Origin: Octopus sinensis
Lineage: Eukaryota
Direction of reading: 5' to 3'
DNA: 64,000 nt
NCBI RefSeq assembly: GCF_006345805.1
Contig: NC_043005.1
Span: 76,508,001 to 76,572,000, forward strand
The notes beneath the pieces are model-generated. The model searched no databases. It had not been told where the DNA came from and worked only from the letters and a program-made list of their open reading frames with translations. Of this stretch, positions 41,201 to 53,943 are shown in pieces. Position 1 is the stretch's first letter, and each line of letters starts with the position of its first letter. A program made the position numbers and the translations under genes.

Positions 41201-41225
41201 TTATTTGATTGCTTTTTAATGGCAT
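38208..41225 (-). CDS. LINE ORF2: AP-like endonuclease plus reverse transcriptase, 1005 aa, uninterrupted
   Basis: APE motifs LNAQG, LTETHL, GGTAIYV, YRSP, MGDFN, LDLIF, SDH. RT motifs YRPISLTS, QHGFR, LDFSKAFD, GVPQGTVLGPLLF, FADD. No RNase H domain seen. Confidence 0.96.
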   Translation of the reverse strand: MPLKSNQINKSPKQLKPSTLASTFLLNAQGISPSTNTQKWKIRFLEDWVEVHPNHIPFFVLTETHLSDLHLEAEVKVKNFKTIRADRAGRRKGGTAIYVHDSFSTEAMNIFSNGYCEVVAVFSQTNNLTVIGLYRSPQTPLPCFKECLNSIKCFIQQCQPDNILMMGDFNLPGFDWSTNSLPPGSSLSTPDREAVESLLDFMDDFFLSQLVLEPTRCHKNVLDLIFSNHTDTIHNIAVEKTLLSDHDMVLCDLRFHWPKCKTNVIPPVHPFDTMDFHNANWEAINNDLAQVDWSFTHTYTPTNIKKSWQSLVDTITNICARHTPLRSANKSKCRIPRNRKSLIRKIKRINKKINMLKYCQQQHTNLTAISSLEIKKHKLQNNMMSIINSQRRAEEAWAIEKIKLNPKVFFSFAKKHRVTGSTVGPLIDENGTLQDNAKTMGEILQKQYCSVFSNPDMTDLGCISDVTPQYTLSDITFGAPDVLAAIKEMKHNSAVGPDRFPACVLKMCQNQLAPPLANLWRNSLDAGYIPEDLLSQSVVPVFKKGNKSLAVNYRPISLTSHIIKVFERVLRSRMTHFLERHNMLNPNQHGFRNGRDCLTQLLHHFDDILRALGEGSNTDVIYLDFSKAFDRVDHKILLRKLSNIGVTGKLLQWIKCFLSNRTQHVVVEGVKSSPAKVSSGVPQGTVLGPLLFIIYINDITDTIKHSNIRTFADDSKLQKVINGVDDRINLQSDLLAVVQWAEKNNMLLNEDKFELIHFGREDALKLPYSLPSGEILMASNNIRDLGVTVDNNISWATHISSKVDMARRMCSWILRTFQSRDSHAIILLFSTFARPHLEYCCPLWSPYTKQNIMRIEAPQRSITKKIDGMSDLDYWGRLEKLKLYSLQRRRERYIICMMWKIFHQHCPNDVGITFKMHPRLGPRAIRPQQKSKSHHITTIRHNYFTSIGPALFNITPGHVKKETDHTKFKKSLDKFLQTVPDKPPTPGYVSANNNSLLEWALVPKS

Positions 41226-42465
41226 GTGCAGTGGGGTATTTGTGGTGGATGGTGGTGGGTGATAGCTCGGATGTTTTTTTCCAGTTCTTTTGCTAGATTC
41301 ATCATAGCTAAAAAAGAGGAAGAAGAGGTGGTTTCCTGTCTAGGGAACCGCAGGTGACTGTGGCCGCGGCTATTTTTATGTGAGTGGTTATCTTTAAATG
41401 TCCGACGAGTCCCCGGGAGATGGGTAAAGGGGCAATCCCTGTGCAGACACAATCTGTCTCGCTGGGAATAGCGGCAGATTTGGGGATTCCTTGTTTGAGA
41501 TATTGGTGGTTGTGGTGGTGTTGTATTATGGTGGTTGCTGTTGTAGTTTGTGGGGATAGAGCGTTTTGTTCCAGGTAAATGGGTGAATTTGCAGTCTCTA
41601 TCAGTGCACAGTCTATGGCGAAGAGAATATCGGCAAATGATGGGGTTTCGAGTGGGTGTGTAGGTGCGTGTGTGTGAGTTGTGAAAGGTGTAGATGATAG
41701 TTTGTTGAAGTTTTGGCGACCTTTGTGACCTGTAGGAGGTAAATTCCTTGAGATAGCATTAGTAGTAGTAGTTGTAGTAGTAGGTAGAAGAGATGTTGAC
41801 AGTGGTAATGATTGAGGAGGTCGATTCCAAGACAAAGATATTTGTCGATACATAGTTGGAGTTGTACTAGTAGTAGTAAGCAGAGGAGATGGTGTTGACA
41901 CTGATGATGATTGAGCTGCTGGGGAAGTGAAAGGAAGGGGTGGTGCTTCCTGCTGTGTGACCCTGATGACTGGGGGGTCAATCGTTTCGTTTAGCAAATC
42001 GGCCATTGTAGATGAATCGAGGAGTGGTTCATCCTGTTGTTGTTGCTGTATCTGTTGTTGTTGCCGCTGAGTTTGTTGTTGAGGTTGTTGTTGTTGTTGC
42101 CGCTGAGGTTGTTGCTGCTGAAGTTGTTGTTGTTGCTGTAGCTGTTGTTGTTGTTGTTGCCGCTGAGTTTGTTGTTGTTGAGGTTGTTGTTGTTGTTGTT
42201 GCGCCGGTGATGCGTTCGAAGAGAAAACACATCTCAGTTTATCGAAGTGTTTATTTATTAATTTAAAAGCAACTTCGATTTGTTTTAATTTATTTTGTAT
42301 CTGCTGTTCAGATCGAGTTTGCAAATGGTGAACTGCTCGTTTAGCAATTTCGTTCAGATACGAAGCACCTATGCTCTCTGTTTCGGTAAGGCCATGCCAT
42401 GTGTTGATAAGAACGTCGACTTCATTATCAGACCAGTTTTTGTTGGATTTTTGGTGGCTAGCCAT
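41216..42465 (-). CDS. LINE ORF1 with one frameshift: Myb/SANT-like N-terminus, polyQ, S/T/P linker, two CCCH zinc fingers
   Basis: N-terminus WSDNEVDVLINTW...RSEQQIQNKLK. The -1 frame, open ~41758-41216, encodes CRYSLRHRLCTDRDCKFTH and CRYSQRDRLCLHRDCPFTH. Its TAA overlaps the ORF2 start (ATGCCATTAA). Confidence 0.8.
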
Positions 42466-42876
42466 TCTGGTTGATATGTTTTATTAAATTTTATTTTGTT
42501 CGTTTGTTTTGTTGATTACTTTTAATTATTATTATTTTTTTTTAAGGAGAAGTATGTAGAATTGATTGTACAGAATGTTTGCTGTAATACTGAGAAGTTT
42601 GTATTTGAATTATGAGTTTGTAGTTATTTTATCTTTCTTTCCTTTTCTTTTTTTCCCTCTTTTTCTAATTTTTAATGTGTGGGTGATCCTTTAGTTATCA
42701 GAAGGTGTTTGAAAATATTTGGTCGTTTGAAAATTATGAAAATAGTTTGTGGTTAAGGAAAAGTCTACTCACGAGTTGGGAAAAAGCGTGGTTTCAAATA
42801 TACAGGAATATATGTGATGGTCAATTACGACGAATGTAGCTGTGAAGCTTGCTGCTGACCGGCGCAGAGAGGAGTG

Positions 42877-43330
<454 letters not shown>

Positions 43331-43444
43331 TGTTTGTGGAGGCGCAACGGCCCAGTGTTTTGGGCAGCGGGCTCGTGGTCGTAGGATCGCGGTTTCGATT
43401 CCTAGACCGGGCGTTGTGTGTGTTTATTGAGCGAAAACACCTAT

Positions 43445-43759
43445 TTATTGAGAAAATTTTATAGTTTGTAAGATATTTGTTGTATTTTTTCTGCAATTTC
43501 AACCAATCACTGGCGTCTATTGAGGTAAAAAAAACATTTTGTGCCGTATGAATATGTCCCTCGTTTAAGAAACAGATTGGGATTATTTACATTTCTGAAG
43601 AAAAAAAGATACCCTTCCCCCTAACCCTAACCGTAACCCTAACTATCCCTAACCCTAAAACAGATTGAAATGCAATAGATCGATACTAGGGTCATAATTA
43701 TGGATGAAAATTTCATATGACACCGCTAGAAAAGACTGCCGTTCAAACCGAAAAGATCC
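43445..43759. mobile_element. One end of a related DNA element containing (CCCTAA)n
   Basis: Ends in ...CTGCCGTTCAAACCGAAAAGATCC, the same terminal GAAAAGATCC as 27162. Degenerate telomeric hexamers at 43619-43658. Confidence 0.6.
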
Positions 43760-43806
43760 ATAGCCTGAATAGGATTAGGTACCCCTATTTTGCAGAAAAA
43801 AGTGTT

Positions 43807-43880
43807 GGTGGCCGGCTATGAGACTCGAACTCAAACCTCCGTGATTACGCGTCGCAGTGCTCTGAACCATTAAGCTATAT
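43807..43880 (-). pseudogene. tRNA-like sequence (pseudogene or SINE head)
   Basis: TAGCTTAATGG (A box)...GAGTTCGAGTCTC (T arm)...GGCCACC. The acceptor and anticodon stems pair poorly. Confidence 0.5.
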
Positions 43881-44559
43881 TGAGAAAATGGAGGCAGTCA
43901 ACATTTTGGATAATCTTTCATTAGCGTATTCGGTTGTTTTCGAACTCGTCAAGACAAAATCAAAATCAATACGGTAAAAACCGAACGTTTCATTGTTCAT
44001 TTATATGAACCAGATGTTTTGTCTTTTCCTTTGTTTAGAAGAGGAGAATATTGTTTTTGTTTTTTGGAGAGAAAAAAGGAGAGAGAGAGAATGAAAAGCA
44101 AAGCGGTGGGAAGGATAGATCGAGAAAGAGGTTTCAGAATAATCAAGAAAGACGAGAAAATTAATAATAAAGGATGAAGAAAAGATAGATAGAGAGAGAG
44201 GGAGAGGTTTCTTTTCTATTTGGTGTGGTCAATTCATTGAAATTTCATTACAAAATATTTTCTTTCTTTTCTTTCTCCTTTCCTTATTCATTTTCCATTG
44301 TATACCTATCAACATATTTGCAAATAAACACATTTTCTCACAAGGACTGTTGACCTTTCAAAGGTGTCAATTTTAAGAAGTAGGATAGAAGAAATAAAAA
44401 AAAGTGGGAGAAAATATATATGAAAAAATGTGTTCAAAGACTTATGAAGCGAACGAAATGATTATCCCAAACTCTGACTGTGTCCTTTTTCTCAATATAC
44501 AATATCTGTACACTACTTTCAACACACACACACACACTCTCTCTCTCTCTCTCTCTCTC

Positions 44560-44748
44560 TGTACCGCTGGCGATTTTTTTTTCTTTGTCCTCCCTTCTCT
44601 GGATATTTCCTTCTCCTATGTTTCCGACGAAGAACTCCGCTCGAAACGTTAAACCCTCCTTCTTTCCTTCTTTCCTGAGCGTCCAATAATACTATATTTG
44701 TTCCACGTCCTCGCGCTGTTGTTTTTTTGTGCTTTCTTGTTTGGATTA

Positions 44749-44752
<4 letters not shown>
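44560..44752 (+). mobile_element. Short TA-anchored repeat with minimal hammerhead-like motif (44620-44654); second copy at 50043-50240 on the minus strand
   Basis: GTTT-CCGACGA-A-GAACTCCGCTC-GAAA-CG-TT-AAAC. The two copies align over ~190 bp and both end in TTAACTTTATATA. Confidence 0.65.
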
Positions 44753-44819
<67 letters not shown>

Positions 44820-46076
44820 AGAGAATGAGAGAGAGGATGTTTTGTGTTCAAATTCCACCGAGGTCGACTTCGCCTTTTATGCTTTCGTGTCGATAAAATA
44901 TGTACCAGTTCAGTTGAGTACTGGGGGCGATGTAACCGACTTACCCCTTCTCCAAAATTACTAGTCTAGTGCCAGAATTTAAACCCAATATTAAATAATC
45001 TGATTGACATTCATGTAGGATATTGTTTTCTGGTAAAGATATGTTTGCAATGACTATTACATGCAACAAATTCCTTTAGTACGTTTCCGTATCTATTTAT
45101 CCGCTCAATCCGACTCTTTATCGAATTTCACAAACTCACTCTCACCACAATCACGTCAAATGGTATATACAACATAATTTTGCCGAAAAGTAATTGTCTC
45201 TTGCATTTAATATTAATCATTCTAAATCTCTTTTATTAACATCCGATACAATTGGGAGAGTTAATAACCAAGCTTTGCTCCCGTTACTTAGGAATGTAAT
45301 TAAAATCTTTCGTGAATCGAATCTTTAGTAATACCGATGTCGTATTAGATGCTTTGTAATAACTTCATAATAATTTTGTAATCACTCTGCTTAACACTAC
45401 GTTACATTCGTTCATTAATGGTTATATTCCGTAGCAAAATAATTTCACTTTTGACCTGGAAACAATCTACTTGCGATATGGTAACTATTTTCATGGAAAG
45501 CTAAAAACAAAGAAATATTGAAATGACTTACTTTCTACGATGCTAAGTTATTATGTTAGCTAAGCATTTTAAAAATGATGTTGAATGGAATAAAACCGAA
45601 CTTAGGTGGTTACGAAGCGAATTTCTTAGCTATAAAACGATTACTAAGCAAAATATTGTACGATGATGAGAAAAATAAAAATAAATCAAACATGGCTTTC
45701 TTTTTGTTATGAATTATTAAGTATTATCTCTTTATAAGCGACTTCCTAGAATGTTGAATTTAGCTTAATTTATGTCTTTCAAGTTCTGCTGTGCTGAGGA
45801 TTCAGATCAAATGGTGCTATGCATAGCCATCAATGACCAAACCAATTAAGTTGATGTGGAGGAGAAAAAATAAAAGTAAAATGTGTATGCTCCTTACGAT
45901 TTGGTGTAAATTCCTCAACTTAATTTATCTTAACTTAGAAGAGGTTTTCTTCCCTATAACAGTAAATTCAGTAGGAGCACTCATCACGTGTATCTATCTA
46001 TCTATCTATCTATCTATCTACCTATCAACCTACCTACCTACCTACCTACCTACATACCTACCTACCTACCTACCTA

Positions 46077-46126
<50 letters not shown>

Positions 46127-46668
46127 AAAATACGTATAGAGAAAATTACAACTGCCTGGATTTTTCCTTTTTCTTCTATATATGTATGTGTGTGTGTGTG
46201 TGTGTGTTAATTGCATATGCTAAGTATAATTATAAACAAGTATCTTTCAAAAAATGTTTATTTATATAGTTAAAAGTATTGACAAATTTTAATTAATAAA
46301 ATGTACCTAACGTGTGTAATGTTTAGATTAAGATACGAATGATTTAGTAAAAATTAAAACTACACAGTATTTGCTCAATGATATGACCAATAATGTAATA
46401 TTTAGATTTTAAATATAAAGTACGAATATTTTTCAGTAACAAAATATTTGCTGAGTGAATTATATAAACTTTAGACGTTATATATTAGTGGAGTTGTGCA
46501 GTTTTCGTTGAAAAATAAATATGTATGTTTATATTCGCCGAAAAGGAAATTTTGAAATTATTAACCGTATTAGTCAACGATTTTGTCTGTCTAAATCTCA
46601 TCCAATTTTGTATTTAAAAAATTCAGTTATCCTTAATATATATGTAGAATCACCAGCTTGAATATATT

Positions 46669-47258
46669 TATTGTTTTATTGCCCACTGAGGGCTAAACAT
46701 AGAGAGGACAAACAAGGACAGATAAAATGATTAATTCGATTACATCGAACCAGTGCGTAACTGGTACTTATACCGAAAGGATAAAAGGCAAAGTTGGCCT
46801 CAGCGGAATTTGAACTCAGAACGCAACGGCAGACGAAATACCTATTTCTTTACTACCCACAAGGGGCTAAACACAGAGAGGACAAACAAGGACAGACAGA
46901 CGGATTAAATCGATTATATCGACTCCAGTGCGTTACTTGTACTTAATTTATCGACCCCGAAAGGATGAAAGGCAAAGTCGACCTCGACGAAATTTGAACT
47001 CAGAACGTAATGGCATACGAAATACCTATTTCTTTACTACCCACAAGGGGCTAAACACAGAGAGGACAAACAAGGACAGACAAACGGATTAAGTCGATTA
47101 TATCGACTCCAGTGCGTAACTGGTATTTATTTAATCGACCCCGAAAGGATGAAAAGCAAAGTCGACCTCGGCGGAATTTGAATTCAGAACGTAACAGCAG
47201 ACGAAATACTGCTAAGCATTTCGCCCGGCGTGCTAACGTTACTGCCAGCTCGCCGTTC
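46669..47258 (-). mobile_element. SINE family 1 trimeric array (three tail-B units)
   Basis: One head plus three bodies. 18-bp TSD CACCAGCTTGAATATATT at 46651-46668 and 47259-47276. Confidence 0.9.
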
Positions 47259-47436
47259 CACCAGCTTGAATATATTGTCCATAGAAAAGTGATGCTTGAG
47301 TGAATCATTATCTCACGCGTGAACTAGTACAGCTAAAATAAAACAGAGCAGTCCTGGTTCCAACCATGATATTTTGGTGAAAAGGTTGAAATAGAAAAAG
47401 TGATATTATTACGTTACATTAATACAATTTATTATT

Positions 47437-47672
47437 TATTTCTTTATTGCCCACAAGGGGCTAAAACATAGAAGGGACAAATAAGGACAGACAAAGGGAT
47501 TAAGTCGATTACATCGACCCCAGTGCGAAACTGGTACTTTATTTATCGACCCCGAAAGGATGAAAGGCAAAGTCGACCTCGGCGGAATTTGAACTCAGAA
47601 CGTAGCGGCAGACGAAATAACGCTAAGCATTTCACCCGACGTGCTAACGATTCTGCCAGCTCGCCGCCTTTT
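47437..47672 (-). mobile_element. SINE family 1 monomer with tail B
   Basis: Complete head with B-box-like GAGTTCAAATTCC. 15-bp TSD ATACAATTTATTATT at 47422-47436 and 47673-47687. Confidence 0.9.
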
Positions 47673-49354
47673 ATACAATTTATTATTGCTACCTATGTTG
47701 TTTCTTTTGATTCTAATCAAAGGATAGTTTTGTAAGCGAAATCACTGTCAATTGACTCGGGCGTAGCATATTTGTAGAAAATACATAATCAACTATGGAA
47801 GGCAAGAAGTGAACCACTACACAATAGGTTTGGCTCCTAGAGAAAGCAACCAAACCAAAGTATCACCCTGCCGTCTTAACAAAGACAGTGGCATACTCAA
47901 TAATGCAGTCTGTCATATGTAGAACAGATGGATGATCACTACTGGAACGCGTTTGATCAAAAATTAGCTTGATCAGGGCTTACATGGACCCAAACCACAA
48001 CAATAAAGATGATATGAATGCTTCACTAAAAAGAGAGAGAATTCAACGTTTCAAAAGAAGTCAAAATAGTCGAGGGTTTGTATCGATATTTGTATAATTA
48101 TTGGGAAATGTATACATTTTATATATTTCTTTACACACATATAGTGACGTCATTTCCGCTAAGTAACTATCGCTGGTTGAGAAAATTAACGCATCGATAT
48201 TTCTTAGATATACGCGTCTGTTATGAAATTAACTGCTGCTCTATTCCTAATCAGTTACCTTTAACAAAAATGGAGTAGCTTCTTTCATGTCAGAAAAGAA
48301 TCAGATTGGATAAGTAACAGGAATATTGGTTTCAAATTTTAGCACAAGGCCAGCAGCTTCGGGAAGGAGATGAGTCGATTATATCGAGCTTGCTTCACTG
48401 ACTCCGAAAATATGGAAGGCAAAGTCGACCTCGTGGAATTTGAACTTAGAACATAAAGACGGACGAAATCTCCAAAGCGTTTTGCATGGCATTCTAACGA
48501 TTCCACCTGCTCGCCACCTCAAGCAACTGCGGAAATATTGATTTCAAATTTTGGCACGAGGCCAGCAAGTTTTGGGAGAAGGCGAATCAAGTACATCGAC
48601 ACCAGTGCTTAACTGGTACGTATTTTATTGACCTGGAAAGGATGAAAGACAAAATCAACTTTAACAGCATTTGAACTCAGAATGCAAAGATGGACGAAAT
48701 GCTGGTAAGCATTTTGTACGGCATACTAACGATTCTGCCTGCTCGCCGCATTCAGCAGCAGCAGTGGAGGCACAATGGCTCAGTGATTAGAACAGCGGAT
48801 TCGCGGTCGAAAGACCGCGGTTTCGATTCCCAGACCGGGCATTGTGAGTATTTATTGAACAAAAACACTTAAACTCCACGAGGCTCCTGCAGCGGGTGGG
48901 TGAACTCCGCTGTACTCTTTCACCGCAACTTTATCTCACTCTTTCTTCCTACTTCTACCACAAAGCAGAGGAACCATGGTGTAACCCACTATGGTATGGT
49001 AAACTTTCAGACCCTAGCCTAGATTGCAAATCCTCTGTACCCTAGGATGGTTCAGCTCTCCACCCGTTAAAAGCCAGCGTTTACGGAATGAGGATAACAA
49101 CGTAACTTTCGCGCCCGTGCAACCTCCAGTCTATCAAGTTGCCCCACGCATTCTTAGTAGCTTAGAGTAGGCTCGAATTAGAGATTATTCTTTGTGGCTA
49201 ATGGCGTGACTCCTGATTGAAAGAAAAAGAAGAAGGAGAAGAAGAGCAGGAACAGGAAGAATATTAAAAGCACCAGCGGAAAGTAAAATAAACAAGTAGG
49301 AAGGCTTTCGATTTAAGTGGTCTGAGGGGAACATAAGATATTCAGTAATTAACT

Positions 49355-50002
49355 TTGATTTACTCATTTATGTCTAATAATTCTAAGATCAAGAATGTTA
49401 TATTCCAATGTAAAATCTCTTGCGGTACCGATGTCTACTACTACATAGGCGCATCCTCTTCCCAGTTATCTAAGAGAATTTCCAATCATAATTCTTCCTT
49501 TGGGGATAGCAGTAAAGGTCATAGCACAGGGCTATGAACATTTTTTCAACCAAAGTATCCCTCTTGATTTGTTCTCTACTTATTATTTCTTTACCCCTTC
49601 TCTTCTTAGTGTCTGCCTTTGACGTCGAATCTACTAACGATTTTTTAAAATACTGAATAGCGTTATGTTTATCATTTATGCAGTCATCAAAATTGTTATA
49701 ATGTCTTGTTGTTGAGATAGGTTCTGTTTCTTTCCTGATGCGAAGATTGCATTTTACACCGTTTATTCCTTTAGAATAAAACCAATGTTGTCTTCGAAAC
49801 ATATGTCGAAAGTAAAATAATTTGAATAGCATTTGCATTCAACTCCATTCATTTACATATACTACACAAATTACTGCACATTAACCCTGAGTTTTTACCT
49901 TTGAATAGGTCGCTACATCCTTGTTACTTACGTGAATTTTGCTACCCTAGTAACTGTTTACTGAATTTTCCATGTTAACGGTAAACAAAGGATAATTCAT
50001 TC
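49355..50002 (+). mobile_element. Penelope-like element remnant: GIY-YIG endonuclease fragment plus 3' repeat with hammerhead-like motif
   Basis: NVIFQCKI...YYYIGASSSQLSKRISNHNSSF...STGL, followed by the hammerhead-like fold at 49730-49812. Confidence 0.75.
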
Positions 50003-50256
50003 ATATATATATATATATGTATGTATGTATGTATATATATAAAGTTAATCCAAACATGAAAACGCAAAGAGAAAATACAACAACGCGAGGACGTGGAACA
50101 AGTATAGTGTTATTGGACGCTCAGGAAAGGAAAGAAAGAAGGAGGATTTACCGTTTCGGGCGGAGCTCTTCGTTAGAAACATAGAAAAAGGAAAGATCCA
50201 AGGAAGGGATGACGGAGGAAAATAATCGCCAGCGTAACAGACGCAGCATGTATATT

Positions 50257-50288
<32 letters not shown>

Positions 50289-50332
50289 ATTAAATACATA
50301 TTTGTAAATATTAATATTTGTAAATATATGTA

Positions 50333-50372
<40 letters not shown>

Positions 50373-52197
50373 CACACATACAACTGTATGTATGTATGTA
50401 TGTATGTATGTATGTATGTATGTATGTATGTATGTATGTATGTATGTATGTATAATTGCTATTATCAGCACAACCACAGTGCAGCTGTAGACAGTAAAAT
50501 TAATTCGGAATACTATTCCATTATAAAAAAAAAGAAAATAGAGAAGCCGACTAGTCACCATTTTGAAATCACATTTCATTGATTGCTATGCTGAAAAGAT
50601 AAAGGCGACAGCAAAGAATCTATTAACATTGCGTTATTTGAGAGAACAGAGAGACTCTATTGATGAGATCACATTTCCCGATGAGCTCCTTGCTATTTAA
50701 GCTTCTCTGACATGGCTACATGCTGCTGGTTTCGTCTTGTAATATGAAATTGTAAATATATGCGTCATCATAAAGGAAATTGCATTGATATATTGTTATG
50801 GTAATTTCCGTAGTTTATCTCATAGGATCCATAATTGTAAGAGAACAAAAATATAAAGAAAAAAAAAACAACAAACAAAACATGGATTATCGAGCAAAGC
50901 ATTCAGGGAATTAATTAAGATTTCATAATATTTATATAAAAAAACAGAAACCTTGAATTTGCTGCTGAAAACATTACTTTCCTTTGCCAGGAAGCTAATC
51001 TTATTTTCTTTTTTCTATTTGTCATTCATCCTTTCAAAGAACTATGTGTTTTTTTTTTCTTCGTACTTTTATGTTGAAATTAGCGTAGTCTGTATATAAC
51101 ATGATGCAACTTGCATTACACTGTCTTATAGATGAGATGTTTAATGCTTGTTTGATTTGATGTCCGGTTGTTGCTTAACTCTAAGTCAGTATTCGTGTCG
51201 TGTCTACTTCAACGTTTTTCATCTATTACAAAGCACAAATTCAATCAGCCAAAACTTTTTAAAAGAACTTGGCTATGTTTTGTAGGAAATTGGCTCCTAT
51301 TTATCCCATATCGAGAGATGATGTAGAGGGCTTCATTCTTAGTACAGCAAATCTTTCCGTCGTTGTACCAAAATGCAAAATTGCGGCATGGTTCGTATCA
51401 GCTGATTGCATTTATAATATAGTTATGTACGAATTTATGTACTTAAGTATGTATGTATGTATGTATGTATGTATGTATGTATGTATGTATGTATGTATGT
51501 ATGTATGTACATGCATACATATATGTATGCATAAATGCATATATGTATGTATATATGCATGCATGTAAGTTAGAATGAGGATGAAAATGTGTGTATTAAT
51601 TATCTATCTATAATGTTAATCTATCTTTTTGTTTATCCGTCTGTATGTCAATCAATATGCATACATTATATATATAGAAGAATAGACAAAAAAAGAAGAT
51701 AGTGAAATTGCCGTGAGGAGCGAAAAAATCCAACGTTTCGTACAAGCTTCTTCAAGGACTGTCAAGAGAGAAGGAGAAACAGAAGATACCATTTTATAGT
51801 GTGGCTAAAATCTTGATTGATGTGCTTGAGAGTAAGTATAGTGAAGAAGATTCTTGTTCACAGAATTCAGTTGATAGATCAAGTAAATATCACCTGCTTA
51901 TATATGATATATGTCATACATATCATATATATCATATAAATATATGCAAGAGTAATGTAGACACGTTGAAATCACTACGGCTTTGTAAATCTTTTATCTT
52001 TTACTTGTTTCAATCATTATAGTAAGGCCATGCTGGGGCACCGCCTTGAAAAATTTTAGTAGAAGGAATCGACCCTAGTATTTATTACATTTTCCTAAAT
52101 TTGGTACTTATTCTATCAGTCTCTTTGCTACGGGAACGTAAACACACCAACATCGATTGTCAAGCGGTGGTGGGAGACAAACACGGACACAAAAGCA

Positions 52198-52470
52198 CCC
52201 ATTTGAGTTCATTTAAGGACAAGAATAAAAATGAAAGGTTCTAAGCGAGTTTTAGCAAGTTTATCTGGTCTTTCAAAGACAGTAACAAGGACTGTACGAT
52301 TAAATGGGACTTAATTTGTACTGCAAACCCATACAGACACGAAACCAATAGATGTGACCTATTCTTGGAAGAATTTTACAGGATTTTCACATCCAAGGTA
52401 ATGTGATAAATTCTAGACAGGAGCATGCATTGAGATACTTGCGCATGAGGAAATTTACATTTGTCAAATA
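52198..52470 (+). pseudogene. Penelope-like GIY-YIG C-terminal remnant
   Basis: HLSSFKDK...FSKFIWSFKD...IKWDLICTANPY...RCDLFLEE, with stops. Confidence 0.68.
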
Positions 52471-53832
52471 TAAATGAGTAATTATCATTTTAACTATACA
52501 AGGTTTTGAAATGAGGGACTGAAAATGATTATCCAATAAGAACTTGAAATAAAGATTGTTCGCGTCTGACTTAACGGACGACTCTACATTATACAACGTA
52601 GATATTATAAAAGAAAATCATTAAATGGTCAAACCGAGGGATATATATATATATATGTCTTTTATTAAACTTTTAATACTTTTGATATTTATATAAAAAA
52701 AAATTAATTAATTAATTAATTAATAAACAAAATAATATATAAATATAAAAATATGCATACATATATATATATTTGTATATATATATTTAAAATTTATAAG
52801 TTTAAATTATTTTAATATTTTTTAAATTTTTAACTTTTATATTTTTAAATTAATTTTATGTATTGGCTTATGTTTTTCACAGTTTGATTTGCCTAATAGT
52901 GGTTTTATCTCTAATTTAATATATATATATATATATATATGTACTGTTTCTATCTACCAAATCAGCTCACAAGACTTTGGTCAGTCCTATGACGTAATAG
53001 AAAACTCTTGCACAAGGTGTCACGCAGGGGGTCTGAATCCGGAACCACGTGGCTGGGAGGCAAATTTCTTATTGCACAGTCACCCATGCATCTAAATATA
53101 TCACTAACAGCTAATTAGAAATATGGAAAGATTCTGTGTGAAAACAATAAGACCAAGAGGCAGACCACAGCGAATACCTCTGCAATGAATCTGCGTCAGT
53201 ACCCTTTGCACTCCTGGTACATATGGTTATGTTTCGTCTTCTACGTTGAGTCTCATTACCTGCAATGATTTAAGAGAACTTTTAAGGCGGCGAGCTAGCA
53301 GAATCATTTCTGAGCCGGTAAAATGCTTAGCGGCATTTCGTTCGTCTTTACGTTCTGAGTTCAAATGCCGTCGAGATCGATTTTGCTTTCATCCTTTCGG
53401 GGGGTCAATAAAATAAGTACCAAATTGCTGGTCTTATGCCAAAATTTGAAACCAATTTAAGAGAATCTTCTGTTATCGTACACATATTAAACATAGGCCG
53501 CAAGGTGTTCATAGAAAGCCAGTGAAATGTACGGAATAAACGCATTATACGTAGGCAAACATTCTTTCATATAGGAAAATTAAACTACCTCTAGCGTGTT
53601 CGACTGCGAGTAATTTTAATTTAAAAATTACCCACAAACGATTGATATGGAAACTCGACACATATGTACTTTAACAGTGTGTGCGCTCACACACATATAT
53701 ACGCACACTCATTTATTTATTTATTTATTTATTTATTTATCTATTTATGTTTATTTGAATTGCATCTGCTATTTATGTGAACTCTTCAATCTTCACAAAC
53801 ATCACATTTATTTCACATGGTTTGCCAGCGAG

Positions 53833-53893
<61 letters not shown>

Positions 53894-53901
53894 CACACAC
53901 G

Positions 53902-53943
<42 letters not shown>

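Larger units (their letters stand above)
38121..42876 (-). mobile_element. Near full-length non-LTR retrotransposon (APE-RT LINE, CR1/L2/Jockey-group-like) flanked by (TA)n
   Basis: ~410 bp 5' UTR, ORF1, overlapping ORF2 and a short 3' UTR ending in a duplicated TTCTAAGTTA. Both ends abut TA/TATG microsatellite. Confidence 0.93.

Noticed and set aside
48965-49180. Possible HDV-like ribozyme or LINE 5' UTR fragment (also 15340-15720)
   Set aside because: I could not assemble the nested double pseudoknot by eye; a covariance-model search is required.
53150-53260. Possible short minus-strand exon
   Set aside because: Weak splice signals and no homology evidence.
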